A DNA stretch of 64,000 nt, from the NCBI GenBank assembly GCA_024704765.1, contig JAKMXF010000188.1:248001-312000 (forward strand), written 5' to 3'. The position numbers and the translations under genes were made by a program. The notes below the pieces were generated by a model. The model was not told the DNA's origin. It saw nothing but the letters and a program-made list of their open reading frames with translations, and did not search any database. Positions 38,916 through 49,783 of the stretch are shown in pieces (the stretch's first letter is position 1; the number at the start of each line of letters is the position of its first letter). Source of the DNA: Oopsacas minuta (taxonomy: Eukaryota > Animalia > Porifera).

Positions 38916-41634
38916 GAAGTAGCGATCCATTTAGCCTCCATATATTTAATTAAAATTCAAATCTATTTATAGAGTATATGTTGAGAGAATATGTAACTAA
39001 GGGTATATTATAATTTAGCTGTAAGCCAATTCATGGTACAGATGAATATATATTGCTTCTAAAGGATGATTGTGTATTTTGTTCACTATTTGAACATAGT
39101 GAAGGAACTTTTCTTGAATTAGTGTTAGGCTTGCTACAAGATGTTGTCAGTATGCCTAATTACCTCTTGGTTGCTGGATTGGGTATTTGGAATCGATGGC
39201 TACTTGTTGAATGGGATTTCGAACGGACTCGTTAAGAATATTGCATTTAATCGATATCGGCCATAATTGACCCATCATGGACTAATTATAGTCATCCAGG
39301 CGCGACTACGTTCGGCCCTAACTAGTCACAGACCATTTAAAGCGTTACAACTTCACCCCTTGGAGTCAAACTCGTTTTAATGACCTAAATGTCTATTAGT
39401 TTCCTAATACACTGAAGATTCATAATGTGTACGCGTACACCTGAAAAAGTTGGTGTGTACGTACACGAGATAAATTCAGTACGAATGCGTACATACGAAA
39501 TTGTCTAATACACTACAACATATACACTGAAGATTTGCAAGGTAGGTGTTAGTTATTAAAATGGGGTAAAGCTACACTGGTGAAAAGTGTGGAAATTAAA
39601 TTTCAGCATGATCTGACAGAATTGAAAAGCTATGACGGCGGAAACTGTGCTCATTTTCGCTGCAACTCGGACTGCAAACTTCACATAAATTAGCGTATGC
39701 CCAAAACAGTATATATCTCGTAACCACTAATATAGACAATTGAAATGTATCATTGGTGAATAGTGAATGGGATTTACACACATTTTGTGGAATTTATGAT
39801 ATGTGATGTTCTGCGTTCGGCCTATGCCTACGCTAATTTTATAGTAAAACGAAGTTGAAAGTCCGTATGCAGTAGAACTCGGTTAGCACGTATTTTTCTC
39901 CAAACGGATTATTAATTCTTGCACTAAATATATATGGGAAGAATTAGAATAAGAGGTAATCCGGATAGTAAGTAATAATTTTTGTTTCCCGGGGTTATAC
40001 GTGTTATCCGAGTTCTACTGTATTGTAGAAGTTCATGCTCTACTCTGTCTTGAGTCATATCAATGATTTATAAGATTAAAAATAGAGTTTTAGGACACAA
40101 TATCAGATTAAGACAAGAACATCTTCGACTTCTAATAAGTTATGATTTTACATCAAAAATCTTTTGTAGCTTGAAATTGTGGATTAACAAGATGGGCTTA
40201 AATTTTAAATAGGGAATATATTTACTTTTTGCCCCATCCCTAAATTTAACATGATCCCTGCTTGACTAGTGAAATTCAGTACCAATCAACTCGTTCACGA
40301 ATAATCATGTAATTGAAGGCTACTCAAATGCAAATAGAAATGTATTGCAATGAATATGTGTACGTAAGTTAATATTTGTTGCGCTGAATTAGCGCGAGAA
40401 GATTGTAACTTAACGTATTTCCCTGAATTTTTATTAACAAGTCCCTACTTACTACTACAATATCTCTACATTTGTACGTATATTTAAATATATAGGAGGC
40501 GAAACAACAGGTTAACAACCTCCAAGACAGAAGTTATTATGAAACCATCTAACAAGATGAAGAACTAATTACTTGTATATAGGAATCTATAAATATTACT
40601 ATGTAGTAGATATTTCTAACATTGATGTCAACATATTAGTGAATTATGTAATCTATATTATTAATTGTTGTTATTTATTTGTTACTTGTCGTGGATTGGT
40701 TTATGCTATGCTATTTTGAGATTGAATTTCCCAATTCTGAGTAGTCGAATAACTATGTATGTATTTATCGTGATTAATCCAAGCAATTAAACAGAGATTA
40801 ATAAAACTGACCTATCAAGCCATATTTGGTTCCGGACCAGTTTTGGCTGGCTAAAACTGGTCAAGACGACCAAATTTTGGGCACCCTTTGGTTGCTGACA
40901 GGTATATTTAGAAGCGTTCTTGCCAGAGGATATGGCATTGTTATCGAATTTGCTAATGAATCCTGCGTTACCCTGTCATTACCTCTTTATATGTTGTGGA
41001 GTTCTTCATAAATTTTTGATGAATTCACTTTAGTTCTAAATAATCTAGCCCGGACCAATGTTTCGTGACAAACCAAATATATCATAGTTGCCAAGTCTCG
41101 CGGATCCAAAAGTGAGACTCACGTAATTGAACACAATCTCACTTAGAATTTACCTCTCACTTTAACTTTTCCGAAAAATATTCTGAACTTCTTAAACTGG
41201 CGATTTAAATTTGATGCTGAGTACGAATCTGGTTGATTCGGTGAGATTTGAGGTTGTGCCATGGGGGATGTCCGGGGCATTAGCAGACAGGGAAATTTTA
41301 AAGTATAACCATTCTTATTCTATATCTTTTGGTCATTGTGTAGTTATGTGATTTTTGCTATTTGTTTATTGCAGCTTTTCAGTATTTTCTACTTATCCCA
41401 ATTGCCATTTTCATTATCTCAACTATGTTAACCTAACCTTTAATAGTGCCACTTTTGAACAAATATACTTAATATTTAGTAATGTATAATCTTGAATGGT
41501 AAATGTATATTCCAATTATTTGTTTTTATTAATAAAAACAACATTAAATTTACTTATGAGAAACTGGAAAATGCGAAATTCGGATTCACCATACTTCGTT
41601 ACCCTATTATAGCCGTTAATAGCAAGTCTCCATA

Positions 41635-42946
41635 CAGGGTGTCTCCAAAGTTCTGATACAAACCATTTTGTCTATAATATTTATTCAGCATGACCTACAT
41701 TATTGATTCTCTATATATAATTAATACATACTATTAGGAAGAGATTTCCTAGTCATTTATTCAATATAACCACCCTTTTTGGAAATGACAGCCCTGAGTC
41801 TGTTCGGGAATCCTTCTACTGCGGCACGCAGAGTTTCTTGGGGTATCTTCTCCCATTCTCGACACAAGGAAATCTTTAGAGAGCTAACTGTGTTGTGTGA
41901 CACAGAACAAGCCTTGTTTTCCAAGATAGACCAAACAGAATAGTCCATGGGATTTAAATCGGGACTGTATGGTGGCCATTCATCCTTATGTATAAAATTG
42001 GGAATATTGTGCTTCAGCCAATCTTGGGTCGTATTGGCCGTATGGGCGGGAGCACCATCTTGTTGGAAGACAAATTGCTGTCCAGAAAACATGGTCTGGC
42101 TCAGACCTTTTACCACAGGCTCTAATACAAGCTCTTGGTATGTTTTGGCATTGATTTTCACTCCTGGGGGGATGAAAATCAGTGGTGTCCGACCAACAGC
42201 AGAGACCCCAGCCCAAACCATCACCGACAGTGGTTTCTTCATCCGACTGATATATCTAAACTTATCAGGGATCGCTGAAACTGAGGTCGAGATGACTCTG
42301 TCGTTTTGGCTATTTGTAGCCTCTTCAATGGTGAAAATTTTCTCATCTGAGAAAATGGTATTTTCGAGAACTCCAATAGCGTGTAGAGCAAGTAGGCTCT
42401 TGCTCCGGGACACTCTCTTTTCTTTCACCGACCCAGATAGGAATTGTACCTTTTTGCGTTTAAAAGAGCGCATTCCTAGGTCCCTTTTGACAACCTTTTG
42501 TATTGCTCGGCGAGATATATTGAGCTCCAAGGCCATTTTCCTCATCGAACGGTGTGGGTTCCGCCGAATCCGTTCTCGCACCACTTTCTTGGGAGCTGAG
42601 GTCGTTACAGAGCATGGACGACCAGATCTCGGCTTGTCTACAGTGTCCCCAGTTTCCTTATATCGATTTATCGTCCTGTAGATAAATGCCCTACGTCCTT
42701 TTGCAATATTCAGCAGTTTCAAAATTTCTGATGGACTTTTCCCCGGCATATGCAACTCAATAATTGCTGACCTCTCAGATTCCATGGTCAATCACAATTT
42801 TTTTCGAAATAGAATACACCAAATTGAAATAATATTTGTTAGGAAGCGTATAAGGTATGTCATGGGAGAGCAAACCATTGAGAATACTTCCTGATAATGG
42901 TTGTATATTAATCATGATTTTGTATCAGAACTTTGGAGCCACCCTG
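41635..42946 (-). mobile_element. Full-length Tc1/mariner element, maT (DD37D) family, 1312 bp
   Basis: TIRs CAGGGTG[T/G]CTCCAAAGTTCTGATACAAA (28 bp, 1 mismatch); TA target duplications at 41633-34 and 42947-48. Confidence 0.95.
41757..42785 (-). CDS. Intact DD37D transposase (342 aa from the ATG at 42785)
   Basis: N-terminal HTH with PRSGRP; catalytic FSDEK, FQQDGAPAH and SPDLNPMDY; 37 residues counted between the second and third Asp. Confidence 0.93.
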   Translation of the reverse strand: MESERSAIIELHMPGKSPSEILKLLNIAKGRRAFIYRTINRYKETGDTVDKPRSGRPCSVTTSAPKKVVRERIRRNPHRSMRKMALELNISRRAIQKVVKRDLGMRSFKRKKVQFLSGSVKEKRVSRSKSLLALHAIGVLENTIFSDEKIFTIEEATNSQNDRVISTSVSAIPDKFRYISRMKKPLSVMVWAGVSAVGRTPLIFIPPGVKINAKTYQELVLEPVVKGLSQTMFSGQQFVFQQDGAPAHTANTTQDWLKHNIPNFIHKDEWPPYSPDLNPMDYSVWSILENKACSVSHNTVSSLKISLCREWEKIPQETLRAAVEGFPNRLRAVISKKGGYIE

Positions 42947-43619
42947 TATATACTCTGAGAATTCAAATTATTTCATTACTATATATTTATAAAGAGAACA
43001 AATATTTTGAGCATAGGCGTAGGAGCAGGTCCGACAGGTCCAGGATATGCTAGTTCGGCTTTTGGCTGGACCATGCCTTTTCGTGTTTTGGTTAATTATG
43101 ACTTTGCATGACTGTTTCTGGTACGTTATTAAGACAGGACATGTAACCTAGCGCTTCTAATATGAGATCACTTTCCATTAAGATTTCTTTCTCAATAGTA
43201 TTAATTAATTTTATATTTATTGAACAATTCAATAAAGTGTTACGTATGATTAATTCAAAATGTGAACGCCAGATTCAGCACATTCGATATATTTAATCAA
43301 GCTTTATTCAATTCTGTTTACTTTCTTGGTAAACACGATAAATACATAGTTATGCAACATCTGAGAATTGAGAAATTCAAATTCAATACAACATTCCATA
43401 AATCATTTCCTTTACAACGGGTAAACAAACGTAGTAGTCGGTACAATAAATATCTAAAATTACAACCTATAATTACAACGGATCCATGTAGGACAGTAGC
43501 TTGTTCAAGTAACTATCCTAATTTTCAAGCATTAAGATTGGAATTTCTAATTCAATAAGCTTCCCATTTCTAGAATTCTATCTGAGTCTATGATAGTCTC
43601 AATCTATGAGCTATAGTGA

Positions 43620-44330
43620 TTACTATGCAATCACTGAGTATGGATTGCCTATTGCACTATCAGTGTCACTGTGTATATGTCCATATTAGATGTCAATCAG
43701 TATTATCTATTCTTCATGAGGATAGCCCGAGTTAGATAGAAAAGCTGACGCTCTCATGTAGGGAAATTTGAACCATTTTCTTCCACGTGAGACAACAGCT
43801 AATCAGACAAACATTCTACCATCTTCTGTAGATGACACTTCTCAATAACTTCCCATATCTCCTCATTACTGGACTCATCTAATGGATCCAAGTTGAATCT
43901 GAGAGATCCTGAGAAAAAAACTGGATATTGTAGAATGACAGATAGTCTCTTACGATGTTGATATAGATTCGACTTGGAGATATCATCTCTGTTTATAAAA
44001 ATACAACCTTGATATATCTCATCCATTCTGCACAAAGCATTGAATATTGTTGATTTACCAACTCCAGTCCTACCAATTATCCTGATCTTTTCACCAGCTA
44101 GTATATGTAGAGATTAGCAAGTGAAGAGGGTAGATTTTGTGAATACTTAATGATACATTGATCAATTCTATGTCACCAACACTGGACAAGTAACAAGAAG
44201 ACATTTCGTATGTTTTTGCAATAGATATTTCCTGATTAAGCTTGGTATATTTTAACATATGGTCAGTTGAAGATAGTGTAGTGTGAGAAATTAGTAAGGG
44301 CTCCTATTTTACTGGGTTGTTTTCCGATAT
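43620..44330 (-). pseudogene. ABCC/MRP transporter NBD2 pseudogene fragment
   Basis: GEKIRIIGRTGVGKSTIFNAL (Walker A), SVILQYPVFFSGSLRFNLDP and EENGSNF..ERQL, interrupted by stops and frameshifts. Confidence 0.8.
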
Positions 44331-44645
44331 GCTAGCGATATACGGACCCAGGGGTCCGTTAACTCCAAAAACAAGTAGGGAGACACTGGAATAATAATGA
44401 GCTAACTTTCGTGCTAAGCCATTAACAATCTGTCCAGACAACTCTAATAGCTATTATATTCAAGGACTGGTCGAGCTATCGACAACATACTCAAAAACTG
44501 AGTGGAACTATCTGTTCACTAACTATTTACTATAATACGAATAAATTTGTAGGAATTAAAATTATATCTTTTCAATAAAGAGAATATATACAAAGTGAAT
44601 TCAAACAAGGATCAAAATATACAAATATCACGACCACCAGCACAA

Positions 44646-46190
44646 TTACATAATCATGTGGAAGTTAATATAAAAGTTAACATCTCCCCTCTGTACAGAT
44701 ATTATGAACGGATCAATAGGATGATATGTGAATGCTACCATCTCTCTAGCTGGATTATCATGCGGTCGCAGTCTCGGCTGGAAGGCTAGAGCGTGTTGAT
44801 GTTGATGGAAGAAACCAATCGGGTGTTCAAACACTTCACTCCATGGCCTGTCTATAACTGGTACGAATTTATCATTATATCTGAATATCATCCTGTTAAG
44901 AAATGGAGACTCGTGTACAGCCTGACAAGAGAATGGCAGCTGGCTTAAGGTCCTAATAATTGCTTCTTTTGGACCTCCATTTCTAGCTGTTACCAGACCC
45001 TGTTTATATTGTCTGTGTATTTCCATAGCATATATGTTATCTCGCATTGGAGATCCTTCTAATAATGCTCTATTTTCTTCGTAGTACGTCATCAGCTCAT
45101 CCAGGTTGTCAAGCATATCAGCGAACACTCTGTACACAGAGTTAGTACGCAGATCATAAAATACCCACATGTTATACTTCGGGCCCTGGTCTTGTCGCTT
45201 GTAGATAACTCTCTCATGACTGTATCGAATGAAGAGACGAAATGGATCTAACAGCTGTATCTTCCATATTTTCATTTTGCGTACTGTCTCGAAGTGGAAA
45301 TAGAATCTCAATAGTTTGTGCATACGCTTAAGAGGTTCAGGTTCTTCGTTAGACTTTACGAATAGAAATCGCATTATCTTCTGTTTCATCTGTGTAAGTA
45401 GATGCGGATAATTCTTAGGTAATAAAGGTCTGGAGCTAATGTCTGGGTGTGTGAAGAATAGCTCATACTCAGCCTGGACTAGAAATTGTCCTAGAATATC
45501 AGAGGGTAACAGCTGCCCTCCTCTCTCCTCGCTGATATCAAACAGATGAATATTCTGCTTAGCCATAGACAGAATAGCTACTTTATACGCGTTAACTGAT
45601 ACACTGAGTCCGTGAATAGTAGAGAGTAGCAGCATATCCCTGGGGAAATCAACTTTATCAGCTCTCAATCCAGTAGAGAGGTTTATTAGCATAATACGAT
45701 ATGTCTCAATGTAATGAAGAGTGCCGAAGAAAACCAAATTATCGTTATGATCCAATCTAGGATCAGGATTATAATGTTTTAGATATTCCTTCTTGAAACC
45801 ACCCGCTATAAGAAACTTAGAGTCTTTTGTAAAGAGACAGCACTGAGGCACGAATGAGAAGTCTCTACCAATCTGTACACTGAAACGTTTACGGAAAATA
45901 TCTTTGAATATTTTATCAGCTGTAGCTCTCTCACTCTTCCCTCTACCAACACCCAGATACTCATACACAACTATTTCAGATTGGTTTCTACTGAATGTTA
46001 TAAGCAGTTTACCGTCTGGAGTGAATTTACGTAGATGACCTGCTTCCATGCTGACGTTATTTATAGTTTTCTTGGGTAGAAGGTTCTGGTACATGTAGCT
46101 GATAGTGTGCGGATTAGGATGAAGGAATGTACGGAGAGTTAGTTTGTTGAATAGATTAAAGTATTTCTTTCTGTTCCAATTTATTGACAT
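44646..46190 (-). CDS. DET1: DET1 homolog (CRL4-COP1 adaptor), intronless, 514 aa
   Basis: HLRKFTPDGKLLITFS..Q..IVVYEYLG, ILSMAKQNIHLF, LSQLPFSCQ...ESPFLN...FRYNDK and AFTYHPIDPFIISVQR match DET1 conserved blocks. Confidence 0.9.
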   Translation of the reverse strand: MSINWNRKKYFNLFNKLTLRTFLHPNPHTISYMYQNLLPKKTINNVSMEAGHLRKFTPDGKLLITFSRNQSEIVVYEYLGVGRGKSERATADKIFKDIFRKRFSVQIGRDFSFVPQCCLFTKDSKFLIAGGFKKEYLKHYNPDPRLDHNDNLVFFGTLHYIETYRIMLINLSTGLRADKVDFPRDMLLLSTIHGLSVSVNAYKVAILSMAKQNIHLFDISEERGGQLLPSDILGQFLVQAEYELFFTHPDISSRPLLPKNYPHLLTQMKQKIMRFLFVKSNEEPEPLKRMHKLLRFYFHFETVRKMKIWKIQLLDPFRLFIRYSHERVIYKRQDQGPKYNMWVFYDLRTNSVYRVFADMLDNLDELMTYYEENRALLEGSPMRDNIYAMEIHRQYKQGLVTARNGGPKEAIIRTLSQLPFSCQAVHESPFLNRMIFRYNDKFVPVIDRPWSEVFEHPIGFFHQHQHALAFQPRLRPHDNPAREMVAFTYHPIDPFIISVQRGDVNFYINFHMIM

Positions 46191-46820
46191 ATTTGATATA
46201 TAAATGTGTGCTACTGTGAATACATCAACTAAATTACGGTATTGTAGTGTTCAAACATTTAGTATTAGGTGTGCTAATTAGTTGAAATGCCCGCTTTTAA
46301 AATATTATTTCGAGAAATTAGTTTCTGGGAAAGATTTTACCAATATATTGGATATAACTACCTATTAGACAAATATAGATGAATATAACCTAGATAATCT
46401 ACATAAACAAATCAACAATTAAAGTTCATAGTCTCTGCATCATCAATGAAAATCTCAAATTTGGAATCCACATACACGATTACCCCTGGCTAGCAGTTGA
46501 AACGAAATCTGTAGCATGATTAATGATATGATAAATCAGTGAAGTTTTAACATTCAAAATCTGAAAATCTTCAAATGGACTCTACGCACCCAATAGGAAA
46601 CTGATAGAAACTGTTGGAAATTGGTGGAAACTAATGGAAACTGCTATGTTCAATTTTGATTTGTGCAAAATGACAAATCAAAGTGAACACTACCTACTCA
46701 AACACGATCATACTTAGAAAGGAAATCAGAACTGGAATTCTGAAATTCCATATGAAATCCTATGGGAATTCCTGAGAATTCCTATGGATTCCCATAGGAT
46801 TTCCATTGTAGAGGATTCAA

Positions 46821-47290
46821 GAGATATACTACTACTTAGCAAATTATTCTCTTCAAAAATTGAGAATTATTTGCTATTCTAAACAAATAGCCAAACTTCT
46901 AAACCACATAACAATATTCTCTGGAATCCACTATATATGATAAAGAGATAAATACACGAGAGAAACTGAAATAAAATAATAAACAAATGAATGTAAATGG
47001 ATAGACATTTGAATAGTCATAAATTTAAGTTTCCAACTAATTCCAAAACATTCAAACCAGGTATAACACATTCCAATAGTTACCAACAAGTTCCAATACA
47101 TTCGAACCAGTTCCAAAATATTACAACCAATTGCAAACATTTCCAAACAGTTCAAACACTTTCTGATAGTTTGCAATGAATTCAAAAATTTGTCAGACGA
47201 GCGCGCTTCGCTTGCTCGCGCTTCGCGGTTGCAAACACTTCGTCCCACACTCGTGCATACGGCCCTCGAGTACATAAACTCATAATCTTA
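46821..47290 (+). repeat. Long repeat, near-identical in inverted orientation to 63495-64000
   Basis: gagatatactactacttagc...ggccctcgagtacataaact matches the reverse complement of the window end; both copies give the same MDRHLNSHKFKFPTNSKTFKPG ORF. Confidence 0.92.
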
Positions 47291-48142
47291 ATTCTCATCT
47301 AATGTAAAAATTGTGAAATATACAGAAAACATACACAAATACTACAAATTGAAGTAATAAGGAGAATTGCATTAATAAAGAAGCAAGAAATATAAACAGT
47401 TCCTGATTCACAGTAATTCCGTTACCGGTACCACAAAGTGAATTTACACGATCCCTGTACCGGAGATGTTTTCGAAAAACTGTCAGGCCGGACAGATTTT
47501 TCGATAACATAGCAACTCTCAATAATGAAACCAAGACTCATCACCCGTTACGATACGATCTAAAAAGTTACTATCCGACTTGTACATTGACAATAATTTC
47601 TTGTTAACTTCAATTATTTAATAATATTTCGAAAGTTTATCCCAACATTTGTGAAGTAAATAAGTAAGTCTACCAAAAGTTAAGCGTAATCAAAACCGTT
47701 GAATGATGAACACATGAATAATTTGCTGGAGGGGAACATCGGAATACATTGAAGAAGCTTAAACATGAGCTGTTCAGGAGTCAATTTCTGAATTGCATGT
47801 AAATTCTATCTAATGTGTCCACCCATTATCCTACCATGCTACCCTTCATTTGAATTAATATGAAGGTTGGGTACAGGATATTTAGCTGTAAGGGAGCTTC
47901 AGCCCATACATGTACCATATATAGTTACATATCACCATTAGCTATATTTAAATAACTGAGACGTATAGACTTTTGTGCCGTAACAATAACAACAACATAT
48001 AAATTTACAGAAGGCCTAAAATGTCGTCCTCGCCCCAGTTACCTAGAAATCATAGACTAGAAACTAGTAATTGCTCTAACTATTGTTTTGCTACGTACGA
48101 TTATAATAGCACTAAGGAGGATGCACATATCGCAGTGAGGAT

Positions 48143-48211
48143 TGCTTACCCAGGAATCGAACTTGGATAATCCGATCTAAAGTCAAGAGTTTGTCCATTA
48201 AACTAATAAGC
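48143..48211 (-). other. Second tRNA-like module (apparent anticodon TTA) within the same dispersed repeat
   Basis: Reverse strand GCTTAT TA GTTT AATGGAC AAAC T CTTGA CTTTAGA TCGGA TTAT CCAAG TTCGATT CCTGG GTAAGC A; flanks are homologous to those of the 38847 copy. Confidence 0.55.
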
Positions 48212-49783
48212 GAAGTAGCGTTATGTTTAGCCTCTAAATATCAATTCAAATTCAAATCTATTTATACTTTCAATAATGAGAGCATTATAACTAAGGGTCT
48301 TTTATATGTAAAATGAAATGCCACAATATCACGTAGATAGCCACCATCCAGGATAGGGGATTTCCAGGGGAAATATTGGATATTTCTGGATTTTTCTCAT
48401 AAAAGAGGGAAAAATTCATAGTTTTTGCATAGAAATTTAGAAATCCAGGGATTTCGAGAAATGTATCCAGGGAAATTTAAAGTGTTGGTAAGTATGGTAT
48501 TACAGAAATACACACGACACTGACGACAGACCTGCTAATATCCCTATACACAGGGCTAGATTATTCTGTGGACAGTGCAGTCGATACAATTTCTATCGCT
48601 ATCGAACCCTAAAAATTGACTCGAAACCTCGTTAATACAAATACGGTTAATACGAATTTCTGGCTAAGATAACAAATATATGCACATAATCAGGTCCCTA
48701 TAATAGTTATTCAATTGGTATCACTCCGGTTAACAAGGCTCTCACCTGGAAACCTTCAAAATCGTGAGATTTGTAATTTTGTATTAGTATTCTATGGAAA
48801 GACCAGGGATTTTGTAGTATTTTAAACCCGAAATCGTGAGACTCACGAAGGCGGACAAATTCTACATATTAGTCCTTCCATTGGTGCTATGTTCGCATAA
48901 CCCCGAACCTATTACTCTTCATATGCTGGTCATCAGACCGTTTTTACTGTTTTTGCAAAATGTAGATAAGTAGTAATGACAATAGTTTCTATGATAAATA
49001 TGATCGTAACATAACATTGAGTGGATAATTAGCATAATTACAAAAATAATTCGAATTTTTAAAATTTCATAATACTAAATTTATTATTCCCAATACTGGC
49101 CACTCGGGATGTATGTCTTGATTGTGTTCGTATTAACGAGGTTCTACTGTAGCTGTATACAGTGGAAGCCGCTTAATCGGGACAATGTTTTGGGAACAAA
49201 TTTTTTACATACAAATATCATCGGATAATTGGAGATAGAATCGGTTAATCGGGATTTATCATCCCGACTACCTAATATTTGAAAATTATTATCGCTCATA
49301 TTCTGGACTTCTATCCTGATAAACCGAATATTAAGTGGCTTCCACTGTATTGCATTTTTGGTACTGAACACTCCGGAAATCTTAATTATCTGAACAGAAG
49401 TGGTCCAATTAACATGATCTACTAGTCAACTCCTGTTACATCTAAGCTTAAGAAACCGCGATAATTACATCGATATAAGCGGAGTTTGATATAATCGACG
49501 AAATGTATGTTAATACTTTGTTTGAGCTCATATTAGCACAACATCAGACTTCAGGATAAGCGAGTATATCGATATATTCGTGTTCGATATAACGGGAGTT
49601 GACTGTATGTATATTAATGGTAATAATGAATTGTGGAATTGAATTATAAGATTTGTATCTAGTGGATATTTCAAGAAAATATGAATAAACTTAAATTTAG
49701 AAGTAATAAACTTCCTAAACTTAATAACATAAATAATTAATACATAACATTTCCCTAGTAACAAGGATGGTAAAAGGAATGTC

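Noticed and set aside
41947-42681. 244-aa plus-strand ORF
   Set aside because: Antisense shadow of the transposase; no recognisable motifs.
46931-47275. Conserved ORFs shared with 63471-63824 as a possible small gene
   Set aside because: The similarity is explained by recent repeat duplication; the frames differ in length and read through 10-bp periodic DNA.
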